DNA of 64,000 nucleotides from Octopus vulgaris (lineage: Eukaryota), in contig OX597822.1 in NCBI GenBank assembly GCA_951406725.2, positions 55,986,001-56,050,000 of the forward strand, read 5' to 3'. Of the stretch, positions 1 through 14,047 are shown one piece after another. How positions within the stretch are numbered: the first letter of the stretch is position 1; each line of letters opens with the position of its first letter. The position numbers and the translations under genes were made by a program. The notes beneath the pieces were generated by a model. The model ran no database searches. It saw nothing but the letters and a program-made list of their open reading frames with translations, and had not been told where the DNA came from.

Positions 1-538
1 AAAGAAAAGAGAAAAATAATAAGGAGAGAAGCGTACATGAGCATGCAACCCTATCAACATATACATTCAGCATATATATTTTTTTGTGTGTACCCCCCCC
101 CCCCCATATATATATATATATATATGCACGCACACATACACACATATGCATGTGTGTGTGTATACAGGTTTATGTATTTGGGTATGTATATTACACAGTG
201 GCTCGAGAGCGAAAACAAAACGAAAAAAATAAGGGCAAATGTGTGCAAGTGAATGTGCTATGCTTTGAAGGAAAGGAAGATATATCGCCACGGCTGACAT
301 GTGAACATTGTCAAAACAGGAGAAGGCAGAAAGAAAAAAAGTTAAAGAAACATTGAACTTTAAGACAAAACAACACTTAAGTGGTGTTATCAGTGATATA
401 GCCTGATATTAGACGGACAGTTCCAACGAACAAATAGAAAACCAATGTTGGAAATGCCCGAAAGTTAAGAATAGAAAAAATATTTCAAATTGCGTATTCA
501 TATATTTATGTATGTGTGTGTGTGTGTTTTTTTTGTGT

Positions 539-571
<33 letters not shown>

Positions 572-599
572 AGAAAGGTTGAGTTCGAACATATGTATG

Positions 600-1800
600 T
601 TTATGAGAATTCTGTGAGGGCGATTTTGATCGTGTGGAAGGTGGTGCTCGATACCTAATAGAGCACCATGTATGTTGCATATGTCAGAAAACTGCTAGAT
701 GCAGGTATCAGTGGTCTAGATAATTGAAGTTTTGGTTGACAGGTTTTGGCAACCTGATGTTCTATCGCCATTCCGTTCCCCTAAAACATTCATTTGATTA
801 AGTGAAGTTGTGGAGAAAACTATGATAGGTTGGTAGCGGTTTATGTAGGTTTAAAATGAGATGGTTTGTGTATCGGTATGTCTGTATATGTGCTCGTGTA
901 TTGAATAGTTATGTCTATATGCCACTTCAGTATGTTCAATCTCTGAGAAAGCATAGATGTTTAGAATAGAGTACGTGGTTTGTGAGAAGGGTGTTGAATA
1001 TGAGAGAATGGAATGCTATGAGGTAGGGCGTTATTCAAACTCGAGGTGTGGATTAACTGAGGTGGAAGATGAAGAACTATTCTTTTAGTCAGCGAAAAGT
1101 AGAGAATCTGTGATTTGAAATAACACTACAGACTGAGAAATGGGAAATGGTGAGCAGGGGTGAGTTGAAGTTTTATTCAACTGGTACTGTGGTGTGTTTT
1201 AGGCGAATGTTAGGTAAATGTTCAGTGATACGATCCTTTAACCTTCAGTTCTACCGACCTTTTAACCAATCAAAAAATTGAAACGCTTCAGAAAAATCCA
1301 GTTAGACAACAAATTAAGTATTTTGCAGTTCTCTATAAATTTCAATGTAACAATCTCAGAGTTTTCAAGATAACTTTGGAATTACCTCGATAACTGCAGC
1401 TATTGGTTTCTGACTCGTTTTCCAGCACTAAACTATGATTTATATTATCCTTTCTGTTATGATGAAAGGCAAATATGACCGCCACAAGATTTGAACACAG
1501 AACGCTGATAGTCGAATGTGGGGATGCCAGATTACTCTGACTATAAATAAATATGATCATTTATCTATAGTTGTTTGATGAGAGTCTACGCAAACAGTTA
1601 TCAAATATTCACAATTAAGATCTGTTCTTGAGAAAAGCTACAGAGAAAATCGACAAGATTCGGTCCATTCTTTCCAAGTGTCAGGATGAAAAACTCTGTA
1701 TTCAAACTCAAAGTTGGTATAACGATCTTCGTAATTGACTCGATTAACAGGTAAACCCATCTTAAACGTACAAGCAGCAGTTCACTGTAACTCCGCATGT
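600..1800 (-). mobile_element. Heavily decayed Penelope-like element remnant (RT/thumb/GIY-YIG traces)
   Basis: Minus-strand fragments appear in PLE order: INDHIYL..(M)GSP-like near 1520-1570, T..NFNSP near 1160-1195, N.LP near 1020-1035, IYAFS...IHEH near 890-960. Many stops and frameshifts. Confidence 0.35.
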
Positions 1801-3104
1801 GCACAAGGTTCAAAGAATTAAATCAGTAGGTGAAAATAGTTTGTTGCTCTGCGTGCATCTCAGCTATGCTGAGTGACGGCGCTACAGTCTCTGTGAGGTT
1901 TATCTTAAGCTGTTTGTGCCAGCTGACTTTCGGTACTGCATGGTCAAGAATATCTGGAAGCTGTCTATTTTCCATAGGCTAAAAGTAATTCAGATTACAC
2001 AGTATAGTTCGTCTCCAACAATGTCCTGGAGTTCATTATGAACGACTTGTGTATCACTAATCCATATAAAATGGGAGTGCTCATTTTCAACTGGCGACAC
2101 TGCCTGACTGGGAGTAGACTGTGAAGATCTGGCAAAATTGAAGATCTCAAATTTCACATCTTGGTCTAAGTTTAATCCAAAACTGCAGTCTCATAAGAAA
2201 CGAACTACCAAAAGCTGTGCCTAATAAAAGGCAACTACACCTGCCCAATGCAGGTCTATGACTACGACGTCCTGAATACTCCTCGAAGACATAGATGTAC
2301 ACTAATTGAGAAAGAGAAGATGTTGCAACCAGCTCAGGTGCAGCCTGTAGGAAACAAAACGGTCACGGACACGATGTTCTTATTCCTATTTAAGGCATTC
2401 TTACTTGTTATAGTTATGAATGAGACTAGCTTTCCTGTTCGAAATTGTGCTCTAGTTCCTTTCACCATAAAATCTAAAACCATATCTTACCTTTACCTGT
2501 CCTGAGTATCACATCCCATACACTGGACATATTCCCCCGACGTCGATGCATAATATATGATACACATTCACGATAATTTCAACCATCAGCGTAACTTGAG
2601 ACTTAAGAAAGGAAAGTTTTATATCACTCAGAACGTATGAAACAAGGAATAACTAAAAATCTGAAATAAAGCATGGACTTTAATGACAAATTCATGAAAA
2701 TGCTTTGGACAGGCAAAAAGCTAAGCACCTCTCTTACAGTGAAATGAGAGAGGATTTGTATTAATATTATTTTCATATTTTGGCTCAATGTGAGCAATTT
2801 CAGGGACTGGGGTGAGTCAATTACATAGACACCACTTATTTTATCGACCACGAAAGGATGAAAGGTAAAGTTGATCCTGGTGGATTTTGAACTCAAAACG
2901 TAAGAAGGAACGGAATGCTGCTAAGCCTTTTCTTCAGCGTGGTAGGGATTCAGTCAATATTAGAATTGGCTTCAACTTTTTGCACAAGGTTAGCAATTTC
3001 GGGGGTGGGGATAAGTTGATAACATCGCCCACAGTGCTCAACTCGCCAACTCGAAGATTATACCAACTCCCTGCCTTCGTATTAGTATTAATATTAATAA
3101 AAAT

Positions 3105-3920
3105 GGCGAACTGGCAGAACCGTTAACATGCCGGTCGAAATGCTTAGTGGCATTTCGTCCGTCTTTACGCTCTACGTTCAAAATCCGTCGAGCTCGGCAT
3201 TACCTTCTATCCTTTCGGGGTCGATAAAATAAGTACCACTTGAGCACCGGGGTCGATATGATTGACTATTCCCATCCTCCAAAATTTCAGGCCCCGTGGG
3301 AGCTGGTAGAATCCTGAGAGCTGGTAGAATCGTTAGCACGCCGGGCAAAATGCTCAGCGGTATTTCGTCTACCGCTACGTTCTGAGTTCAAATTCCGTCG
3401 AGGTCGACCTTGCCTTTCATCCTTTCGGGATCGATTAAATAAGTACCAGTTACGCACTGGGGTCGATATAATCGACTTAATCCGTTTGTCTGTCCTTGTT
3501 TGTCCTCTCTCCGTTTAGCCCCTTGTGGGTAGTAAAGAAATAGGTATTTTGTCCGTTCTTACGTCTAAGTTCAAATTCTATCGAGGTCGACCTTGCCTTT
3601 CATCCTTTCGGGATCGATAAGATAAATACCAGTTGGGTACTGGGATCGATATAATCGACTATGTACACTCCCCCACAACTGTTGGCCTTGTGTCAAAATT
3701 TGCTATCTATATTAAGAGCTGGTAAAATCGTTTGCACGCCGGACGAAATGCCGGCAGCCATTTCTCTCGACTTTACTTTCTGAGTTCAAAAGTAACCGGA
3801 ATCACTTTCCCTTTCATTCCTTCGGGGTCAATAAAAATAAGTACCGACTGAACACTGGGGTAGATGTATTTGAATTACTCCACTCCCCCGGGCTTGTCCG
3901 CCTTGTGCTAAAATTTGAAA
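3105..3920 (+). mobile_element. Tandem cluster of about 4 tRNA-derived SINEs carrying a Meta/MESC-like central domain
   Basis: Repeated GAGCTGGTAGAATCGTT (A box-like) ... GAGTTCAAATTCC (B box-like) ... GCCTTTCATCCTTTCGGGGTCGATAAAATAAGTACC units at about 3105, 3317, 3545 (headless) and 3716. Confidence 0.8.
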
Positions 3921-4882
3921 TATAAAAAAAATATCAAAACACCTCAGGTTTTGGTCTGAGTATAATCAATTATTAGACGGTCAATTAGTAGAGTCGTTAG
4001 GAAATGGGATAGATCACTTTGCGGTAAATGGTCAAGATTTCTGATCTCAAATCTCATCCTGATCAACTATACATTTTATCCTTTGGGTACAGATAAAAAA
4101 ATTACCTGTCTTGTACAGGGATCGATTCTTCATATTAAATTTTTTTTCATTCTGTCTGCATGTCTCCAACTTTCTGGAACAAAAAGAACCTGTTCAGATC
4201 TGGAGACGAATGGGCTCCATCTGGTCTTAAAAAATGTCTCGGACACGCAATATGTTATGACAGTGGCCTTATGAAACCATCAAGGAGTTGCAAGCGCGTG
4301 GGAGGCCAAGCCACAGCTGATAATATCGACCCTAAAACATGAATTAATTTTACCGTTCACAAATAGCTAAAAGGTAAAGCTGATATCAGTGCATTTTGAA
4401 CTCATAACGTGCAGAGTTGTAAATAAATACAGTAACATAAACAATATAGACAATATTCAATAAAACACGATTGCAAAATAAATAATATCGAGAGAGGTTG
4501 GGTGGAGAAATAGTAAACAAAACGAAAATCCAAATGACGTAAAGTGAGCAAAAAAATATGAATTTGGCTATTGGACTTTGTTCATTGATAAAAAAAAAAA
4601 AAAATATTGAATGTCGGTTAGTTAGATTGAATGTCACTTGTTGAAATGAAGCCGTTGATATTTCGAATTCCAACAGAAATTTGTGTATTTAAAGAGGTGT
4701 GGATAAAAATATAAAATAAACGGCAATGGTGGTAGCAAATAACATTCAAAACGACACTCGAGAACATTTCAGCAAAAATTTTTTTGAATGAAATGGAACT
4801 TGAGGACTTTGGCTTGTGTATACCCATGCAACATGTGTGCACGCGGAAGTGTATTTTTGTGTTTGTGTGCGTGGCTGCACGC

Positions 4883-4916
<34 letters not shown>

Positions 4917-5265
4917 TGATGGCAGTAACTATTCTTGTTCCCCCTTAAATAGGATGTAATTGCTGTTATTTCCACTACCTGTCCACAATGGTCATAGTGA
5001 AAGAGATGGGAACTCAATTGTATAGTACTCTATATACACGCACACACACACACAAACACACACACACACACACACACACATACATACATAAACACAGATG
5101 CATGAATGCACAAATATGAACATATACTTACACACATACACAAACACACACACATACTCATATATATAGACATTATACAAACATACACACACACACATAT
5201 ATATACATTATTTTATAATGTGTTTTTATGAAATAAAAATGGATACAAACACACCTGTACATGTG

Positions 5266-5381
<116 letters not shown>

Positions 5382-6214
5382 GCGTGTGTGCATGTATACA
5401 TATATATGTACGCATGTATGTAATTAAGTATGTATGTATGTATGTATATATGTATGCATGAACGTATGTATGTACAGAAACGCCTACAAATTCGCATATC
5501 TAGAAACGCCCCGTCATGCTCTTCCACAGAGAAAAGGAATATATACACACATATATAAACACTTCTATACACATACATACACACTTGCATATACGACACA
5601 CACACATAGACACACATGCGCACGCGCACGCGTGCGACCACGCACACAAACACAAAAATACATTTCCGCGCGCACACATGTTGTATGTGTATACACATAC
5701 AAACATACATACACACACACACACACAGGCACGAACGAACTTGCTCAAACACACGCACACTCACACGAATACGCATGCGCCCATCATTCACTCTGATATA
5801 CACACTTGCACATGCATATGCATTAAGGTATACATAGAGCCTCGTAAATATACACAACGCCATGAGTACAGTCATACACGCACATGTATAAAACAAAAAA
5901 GGGAAAAGACAAATCTAATAGCGCGAATAGAACTGAAAAAAAAAAAACGGACACATTCACTCAAACACAAATATACACATGGAAACACACACGAATATGA
6001 ATTGTAGTTCAGAAGCTTACCTACCTTCACAAACACGCAAGCGCATGCAGATCCACGCAGTGAGATATACACACAGGTACATATATTTCTGACCCCCACT
6101 CTCTATTTCTCTTAATTTCCTTCTGTACATCCCGTTCCATAGTCTCTCTCTCTGTGAATCATCTTCAGTCCCCCCCTCTCTCTCTCTCTCTCTCTCTGTA
6201 TATATATACCTATG

Positions 6215-6257
<43 letters not shown>

Positions 6258-6370
6258 TTTTCTTTTATTCTTTTACTTATTTCAGTCATTGGACTGCAGC
6301 CATGCTGAACCACCGCCTTTAGTCGAGCAAATCGACCCCAGGACTAATTCTTTATAAGCCTTGTACTTAT
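6258..6370 (-). mobile_element. 3' tail of CORE-like SINE
   Basis: Reverse complement of the tail of the full copy at 63558-63998 (GGGGTCGATTTGCTCGACTAAAGGCGGT...GACTGAAA). Confidence 0.75.
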
Positions 6371-6378
6371 TATAAATA

Positions 6379-6616
6379 TTGGTTTGGTACATAATTATTG
6401 TGGCCTTTTTTTCAAATTTTCTTCAACAAAAACAATAACAATATTTAACAAAAATATCTTTAAATGACGGTCTGACCGTCTGCCAAGCAAATGGGAAGCA
6501 GTAATTAAAATTGATGGTGAAAATGCTCCAGAATAATCAGTTTTTGTTACATGTTGTTATTGTTTTTGTTGAATAAAATTTGTTGAAAAAATCTGCAATA
6601 ATTACGCACCAACCGA
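6379..6616 (+). mobile_element. Mariner-derived MITE / deletion derivative
   Basis: TIRs TTGGTTTGGTACATAATTATTG / CAATAATTACGCACCAACCGA after a TA. The interior encodes DRLPSKWEAVIKIDGE, resembling the mariner transposase C-terminus (LPxRWQKVIxxxGxY). Confidence 0.75.
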
Positions 6617-6642
6617 TTATATAGATACATACATACATACAT

Positions 6643-6732
<90 letters not shown>

Positions 6733-6759
6733 CCTCCGAACCCACATAAGAATGACTAA

Positions 6760-9214
6760 ATATATGACCCCGAAGAAGTAGTAACCTTCGAGGCTTACTT
6801 TCGAAGATTTCAATAAATTTTCGAAAAAGAATGTAAGTATTGATACTAACAGTATCAGAGTATGAGAAGGTTAGCAACATCATATTGTCAAAAAAATGAA
6901 AATAAAAATACAAAATAAAAAAAATGCGTCCGACATAAATTTCACCGACACAGTTAACATTTTGTGCAAAATGTTTAGTGAAAAGTGCTCACTGTTTAAT
7001 ACTAGAATGAAATGATTAAATATAGAAGAGAGCGAGGATGAAGACTTCACTACTTACACAAGCAGAGTCAACAAAGAATGTGAGAGATTGAGGCTAGATA
7101 TGCTTACTTCAGATTCTTTCAAGTGTTTGAATTTTGCGCATGGATTGACAGATAGAAGGGATGCAAAACTCCGAAAGAATATTTTATCAAAACTTGAAAT
7201 GAATCGGGTTTTTGCATTGTAGAAACTCCTAGAGGAGTGTGACAGGATATTAAAATTAAGGCATGGCACGGAATAAATTCAACGGAAAGAGTTTTTCCAT
7301 ATAAGACCAGTGCAAAAATGATGGAAGACAAATAAAGAGTTGCAGGAAAAAACAGAAAAAATATCGGTATGTATACACATGCATGGCATGTGGTGCGATG
7401 CACCTGAAAAAATATTGTCTGTATAAAAAAGCAAAGTGTTTTCGATGCAGGTTTACAGGTCATATAAAATCGCACTGCTAAACTAGAATGATAGGAAAAT
7501 GGAACAAACAAAACAAAAATATATAAATAGTTTGTCAGTAGGAAAAGTAGTGACTACAACAAACAGAAAAGCTGTGTATGTGAGAACTGAAAACGCTGGT
7601 GTCAGAATGCAGTTGGACACGGGAAGTGATACCACAATCATAAAGGAAGAAAACATGGAAACAAATGGGTAAACCAAAATTTATGTATTTGAAACAAAAT
7701 ATTGTACGGTGTTACAGGAAGGAAATTATATTTCACGGGAGAAGGCATTTGTAATACAATGCTCAAAGTTCGAAAGAAAAAAGTGAATGTTTATGTGTTA
7801 GAAAAATCCAGGAATTCATTTGGAACCGAATATATGAGGAAATTTAATGTATGGGATACACCCATAACCGTTTTGTACAATAGCGTAAACGGAGCAGTCA
7901 AACGACTGAACGAGGTTGATGAACTGAAACAAAAGAAAAATGTGATGTGGAACATCGTGCGTGAACTACCAATAGAAGAAATTATAAGAAACGCGAGAAA
8001 TGACAAATTTATTAATGAGACAAAGAAAACTAGTCGACAAAATTTAAATAATCAAAGGTCTGATGCAAAGAACTGCCAAGATATGAACGTGTACTCCATA
8101 TGTGATGGTGTACTAATGTAGGGTCAGAGGGTGGTCATACCACAGACATTTCAAGAGTTCCATGTGGGGACATCCAGGCACTTTTAGAATAAACGCTGGT
8201 GCGAAGTTTCGTATACTGGCCAAGCATGAAGAAGGAAGTTGAAAACCTTGTAAAAGGCTGCAGAGGATGTGTGCTGGCAGCAAAACTATCTACTACAAAA
8301 TGGGAGCCTTAGCCAGAAGTTAAAATACTATGGTCCCGATTGCATATGGATTTTGCAGGTACGGTAAATGGATATTATTACTTAATAGTAGTGGACAACT
8401 ACACAAAATAGCTGAGGCCGTGAGGTGTAAACGACCAACCTCATATACAGTAATAAACTTCTTACACGAGAAAGCTAATAAGGAAACAGGACGAGGTCGC
8501 GATCCAACAATTCTTAAGGGTATACAGGGTAACTCTGAACCTAAATGCGCCAGAAGGAAGTTCATCAGCAGAATTGATGTCTGCCAGAAAGGTGAAGTCA
8601 GTATTCGATAAAATGTTACCAGTGAAGAATAAATATAAGCTCGTAAAAGACATGCCAGAGTTCTTTAGAATCGGTGATAAGGTATATGTAAGGATGTACA
8701 AAAATAGCAAGCAATACTGGGAAGAAGGAGAAATTGTTATATACATAGGAAGAATGATGTATGGTGTAAGAAGCAAAAATGGAATAGAAAGGAGACATAG
8801 AAATCAGCTTAAGGAAAGGAACCAACAAGAGTAGAAATACCAATGGATTAGCTATATGACACGTAAAGGGAAAAAAAGAGAACACTGAGTTCCTAAAAGC
8901 AGGTCCTAAGACGTAAATATATTGAGTGTATATAAAACAAAGGAGGTAGTTTGAATAAAAGAAGTTGATTGCAAAATAAAAAAAATAAATAAAAAAGAGT
9001 GATGTTGTATATTGAAACTGTACACTCCTCTCGGTGAAAAGGGATAGTAGCCAGCCATTATAAATAGACCAGTAGCCGATCGACAGGAAAAAAGGGTCAG
9101 GAAGGTCGCAGATACGCGTAGACTGTGTTGATAGTCGTGTCTTTGCTGATATAATAATTATAATGTGATATTGAGTGGACGTTATAACGATCCAACCTTT
9201 TGAGGATGATAACA
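6760..9214 (+). mobile_element. Decayed Ty3/Gypsy LTR retrotransposon (Mag/K02A2.6-like), RT-RNaseH largely deleted, with 3' LTR
   Basis: Gag (SLFNTRMK..EDFTTYTSRVNKECERL..FKCLNFAHGL), zinc knuckle CFRCRFTGHIKSHC, protease QLDTGSD (7610-7630), integrase EFHVGHPG..YWPSM..CRGC..WSRLHMDFAG..LIVVD, and C-terminal RRHRNQLK. Purine tract then TGTTGT(9003)...ATAACA(9214) LTR with TATAAATA. Confidence 0.85.
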
Positions 9215-9299
9215 CTATATGGCTGAAGGTCGAATAGTGCTAGATAGAAACATTCTATCGACGACTTCGGAATATAACAATATTTGTCAGAGCGAAACT

Positions 9300-9989
9300 G
9301 TCGTCAAAAGACAGATGTAACAGTAGCAAAAGATCGCTTTACAACATTTGTAGAAAGAGACTCTGACAACAGATTGTTGTCCGTTCTCGCAGAATCAACC
9401 AGAGCAAGAAAGACCGAGAGCTCTGCAAAGTAAAATAATAACAAAGTGTGCGGAAAGTGGGTCCAGTGTTAACCAAGACGTGATATGAGTACAAACTATA
9501 GAGAGTGGCAGAGTCGGAGACTAGCAAAATCCTCTGGGATTCCCAATCCCAAAAGATCAGGTGCTAGAGCATAACAGACCGGACTTAGTGGTGGCGGACA
9601 ACGGGCACCACACATATAATATATAGTTGATGTTGCATACCCCTTTGACCGACGAATTGTCAAGAAGGAAGGCGAAAAGATAGATCGATACAACCCACTT
9701 AAGTATGAAACAGCCCGGCTATGGAAAATGAAGACGGTGGAATAGTGCCAATTACTGTTGGGTTCTTGGGAACAGTATCAGAGGGCATCAAGAGAAATAT
9801 AAAAGAATTTGGAATAGAGTGCCCAGTAGAACTGTTACAAAAAGTTTGCCTCCTTGGTACGGCCAGAATAATCAGGAAAGTAATAGATAGGTGAAAAGAA
9901 AGAATAGCATGGTAACATAGGCTGCAGGTAGTAAGCTCGCTACGCATGCATGACTCCAGGAGCTACAACAAAACCTGCGATAAAGATAA

Positions 9990-10055
<66 letters not shown>
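9300..10055 (+). mobile_element. 3' fragment of R4/Dong-type (restriction-like endonuclease) LINE with (TAA)n tail
   Basis: KILWD..HNRPDLVV..IVDVAYP..EKIDRY..L..E.ARLW..VG.LG..LQKVCLLGTARIIRKV, followed by (TAA)n at 9990-10055. Confidence 0.8.
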
Positions 10056-10057
<2 letters not shown>

Positions 10058-10139
10058 AGCAAAAAATCTCGTTTTATTGTCACGGCAGCTTGCAAATTCG
10101 CAAGGGAACTTGGCATTAACCACGAATAGTGTTCGATTT

Positions 10140-10182
<43 letters not shown>

Positions 10183-10275
10183 ATATAAACAAAATGGAAC
10201 ACAGATATACAAGATGTGTTTGTGTGTGTGAGTGTGTTGTCAGTTCCTGGGTCGGCTGCGTTTTATCGTGAGTGA

Positions 10276-10316
<41 letters not shown>

Positions 10317-10793
10317 ATGCGAATGGTCTAAACCTGGTAGCTTACTGGTAAAGCACGGTCATTTTCACAGTTATCGTTATTATGTATATTTATATGAAAG
10401 ACGGAAGATGGAATATACGAGAATTTATTATTATTTACAACAATTGTTTTGGCACATCTAACATCGATCCCTCACGGGTGGGGCACTCAACAACTGGTTC
10501 AGAAGCATCCGGTGGTGCAGATGTGTCTTGCCTACTTGCAAGAAAGAGAAGTTAAAACCCTCATTGAAACCACCAATAACACTGAAAAAGTACGACAGAA
10601 AATACAACAGGTTGGCACCTTGTGCGCCCTTATGATTGATATAAATTTTAATTCTATAACTATCTAATGCAAACACCTATATTGTTGTTGTTGCTATTAT
10701 CAGCTATTTATATTACTGCAGATAATAATAACAATAATATTATCTATACATATATTCTCTTCTAAATAGTTACTCCTTATTAATATATATATG

Positions 10794-10852
<59 letters not shown>

Positions 10853-10854
10853 GT

Positions 10855-11060
10855 GTGTCTGTGTTTGTTCTCCATCACTGCATGGCAACCGGTGTTACTG
10901 TGTTTACGTCCCTATAACTGAGCAATTCGGTAAAACAGACCGATAGAATAAATACCAGGCTTTAAATAAAAAAAGGAGCTGGGTTCGATTCGTTCGATAA
11001 ATTCTTTCAAGGCAGTGCCCCAGCGTGACCCTAGTCAAATGACTGAAGCACGTAAAAGAT
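10855..11060 (+). mobile_element. 3' half of CORE-like SINE
   Basis: Matches the tail of 63558-63998 (GTTTACGTCCC..GACCGATAGAATAA..GTCAAATGACTGAA). Confidence 0.7.
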
Positions 11061-12213
11061 ATATATACATATAGATATACATGTATACATATAAAAATAT
11101 ATACATACATATTTATGTATGTGTGTGTGTGCACAAACAGATACACACACACGCACACTCATACATAGTGACTTATATCCCTTTGGCTTCGATGCATCAA
11201 TGTTCTTCAAGTGACTGCACGCATGTGAGTAGTAGAGTGTTGTGATGAATGAATCTGTATGTGTATTTAGTTTATTTGTGTATATGCAGATGTGTGCAGT
11301 CATCCGTTTGCTCATATATTCTCTCAAACACACATATACACACATGCACAAACACACACGAAGCCAATTGTCCGCATACATTCGTGAACTTTCCATATGC
11401 TGCCTTCCAGGATGCGCTTCCCATTGACACCTTGCATATATTAGCAAATATATCTATACATTTACACTCACGTACTTACATGCATACATATACACATACA
11501 CATCCGCCCCTTTTGCAGTTTATAGTTCTCAACCAAACTTTCTTCTTTTCTAATTACAGTTATTGCCTCCAACTACCTTCTTCTCTCCGCCTTCCTCTCC
11601 TCCTTTTCCTCTACTTCTAAATGAACACTGAGCTGTTCTTCTTTTCCTTTCCAGGCGTTTGACAACTACCGTATATTCCGCCCTTCGTACACACGTGCAT
11701 ACACACACACACAAATGCACATGCACATTTATACTGTCTCCGTTTCTCTTTCTGTCTGTGTTTATCTTCTCAAGCACACACATCCTAACACTTATTCCCC
11801 TCCGCCTTTGCCTTTCTCCTCTATGTTCTGTCGATGTTTAGTTCCAGCTTTCCCAACTCGTTCGACTCACTCTTTCACTCATTCACCCACTCATTCACCC
11901 ACCCATCCTCACACTCACTCACTCACTCACTCACTCACTGAATCACTCACTACACCACCTCACCCTCTTTCTATTTGCTCACGCTTTGCTCTCTCTTTCT
12001 CCTAGTAATTACACCCCATAGAGTCTGTCGTTTTCTATTTTTCTCTCCTCGTTTCTCATACATTCACCACTTCTTTCTCTCCCGTCCTCTCTGCAGTCCT
12101 CTCTGCATACAATAACTATCATATAATCTCTGACTGCGTATGCATAAACGTATACTATACACAAACATTATGTATATATACATACATGAATGCATATACA
12201 TGTATGCATGTAT

Positions 12214-12246
<33 letters not shown>

Positions 12247-13499
12247 AGCTGCTTTTCTTTCATCTTATCTACATTTTCTTATTTGATATTAACACTTTTT
12301 GCATTTCTTTACGTTTTTATACCTTATCTTTTCTTTCCCTACCGTCAATTATCCTTCCTATCTTTATTCATCTCTTTATTTCGCTTTCTCTTCATTGTTT
12401 CCCTCCCCCCACTTCACTTTCTTCTCTAACTCATTCATAGTCTTTCTAACATTTTCTGTCACGTCATCCACAATACTTCTTCTTAACCAACCAATCCCCA
12501 GTCTGAATATGTAACTCACTACCACTCACATACTCAGTGAGATGCTCACACAAAGCCAATATCTCACTGCCATCCCAACTTCCTAAGATACCACCTCCTC
12601 AAGATTTTTCATCCTCTAACTCGCCCTTTAACTACGTTTCTTTGAATAACTTCCACCCACGCAGCAACAAGTAATTTGTCTTTTAAAGTGAAATGAAACC
12701 GTAGATTTCTATATTTGACATATGACAAGTAAATTAAAATGTTGTACGAAAATACATAAGAATGCATACATCTGGACATATTAAAGTGCTTCCACAGACA
12801 AGCCAAGAGATGACTACTTAACAGAGAAGTAAATCCCTGACTTAGAGACAGGATTTCTTGACATGCAGTTAAAAATGGTCTTCGGCTTCTTTCTAAAGAA
12901 CGAGACGTTATATATAAGATGGTGTGTTACTATTTGTTGTTGTTACTATTGTTTAATCTCGGGTCAGCCCTGACATAGCAAACTTACAATCAAAGACATT
13001 TTGGTCATGACCAGGTTCCATAATACATTGCTTAAAACATTATTCATTACTCTTAAAACGGCTGTATGATTTAAGAGAAATTTGGCTGCTGTTTCAAGCA
13101 TATCAAACTCCTTCGTATAGGCTTCCTTTCTGGCTCGTTTGCAAATTACTGCTGTCTGACCTTAAGTCAATAGGAATGCATATGATTAAATGCATTCCAT
13201 TTACGGTCATCATCTGTTTTTGTATCACAAGTACTACATTTTTCAATGCTAGTGTGGTTTGATTACATTGTTCGGCCGATTAAGGAGTTTGCTGCACAGT
13301 CAAGATATCTCAGGTACTATCCCAACGAGTGGTATCTTGGGCAAACATTTTCTATTGAGTCGGATTGGCCATGCTGGAAACTTTATATAAGCCCATCGAG
13401 TGAATTTGTACACGAAATTTAAAAGGTAAACCCTTGTGGCACGCAATGTTAGATTGATTCGGCTTCTTCTGGTATAGTTAAGATCGAAATTATTTCAAA

Positions 13500-13678
13500 T
13501 GTGTGGCTGTATGGTTAAGAAACTTGCTGAGAAGCAAGCTTCTTAACCACACAGCCACATGTGGTCTTAAGTTCAGTACCACTGCGCGGCACCCTGGGAA
13601 AGTACCATAACCTCGGGCTGATCAAAGCCTTGTGAATGGATTTGATAGACGGAATGGAGAAATCCATCGTATATTATG
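13500..13678 (+). mobile_element. 5' half of CORE-like SINE
   Basis: GTGGCTGTATGGTTAAG..GTTCAGTACCACTGCGCGGCACCCTGGGAAAG..AAAGCCTTGTGAATGGATTTG. Confidence 0.7.
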
Positions 13679-13703
13679 TATACATATATCTATATATACA
13701 TAA

Positions 13704-13922
13704 GGCGGCGAGCTGGCAGAAACGTTACCGCGCCGGGCGAAATGCTTAGGGATATTTCGTCTGCCTTTACGTTCTGAGTTCAAATTCCGCCGAGGTCGAC
13801 TTTGCCTTTCATCCTTTCGGGGTCGATAAATAAAGTACCAGTTACGCACTGGGGTCGATGTAATCGACCTAATCCCTTTGTCTGTCCTTGTTTGTCCCCT
13901 CTATGTTCAGCAATAAAGAAAT
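13704..13922 (+). mobile_element. Well-preserved Meta-domain tRNA SINE inserted in a TA tract
   Basis: GGCGAGCTGGCAGAAACGTTA..GAGTTCAAATTCCGCCGAGGTCGACTTTGCCTTTCATCCTTTCGGGGTCGATAAA; same family as 3105-3920. Confidence 0.85.
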
Positions 13923-13995
13923 ATATATCTATGTATTGTGTATATATATATATTCTTTTTCTTGTTTCAGTCATTCGACTGCAGCCATGGTGGAG

Positions 13996-14047
<52 letters not shown>

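Noticed and set aside
1900-2900. Possible decayed RTE-type endonuclease region (VIQITQY..SPT, GVDC)
   Set aside because: Similarity is too weak to call strand or family by eye.
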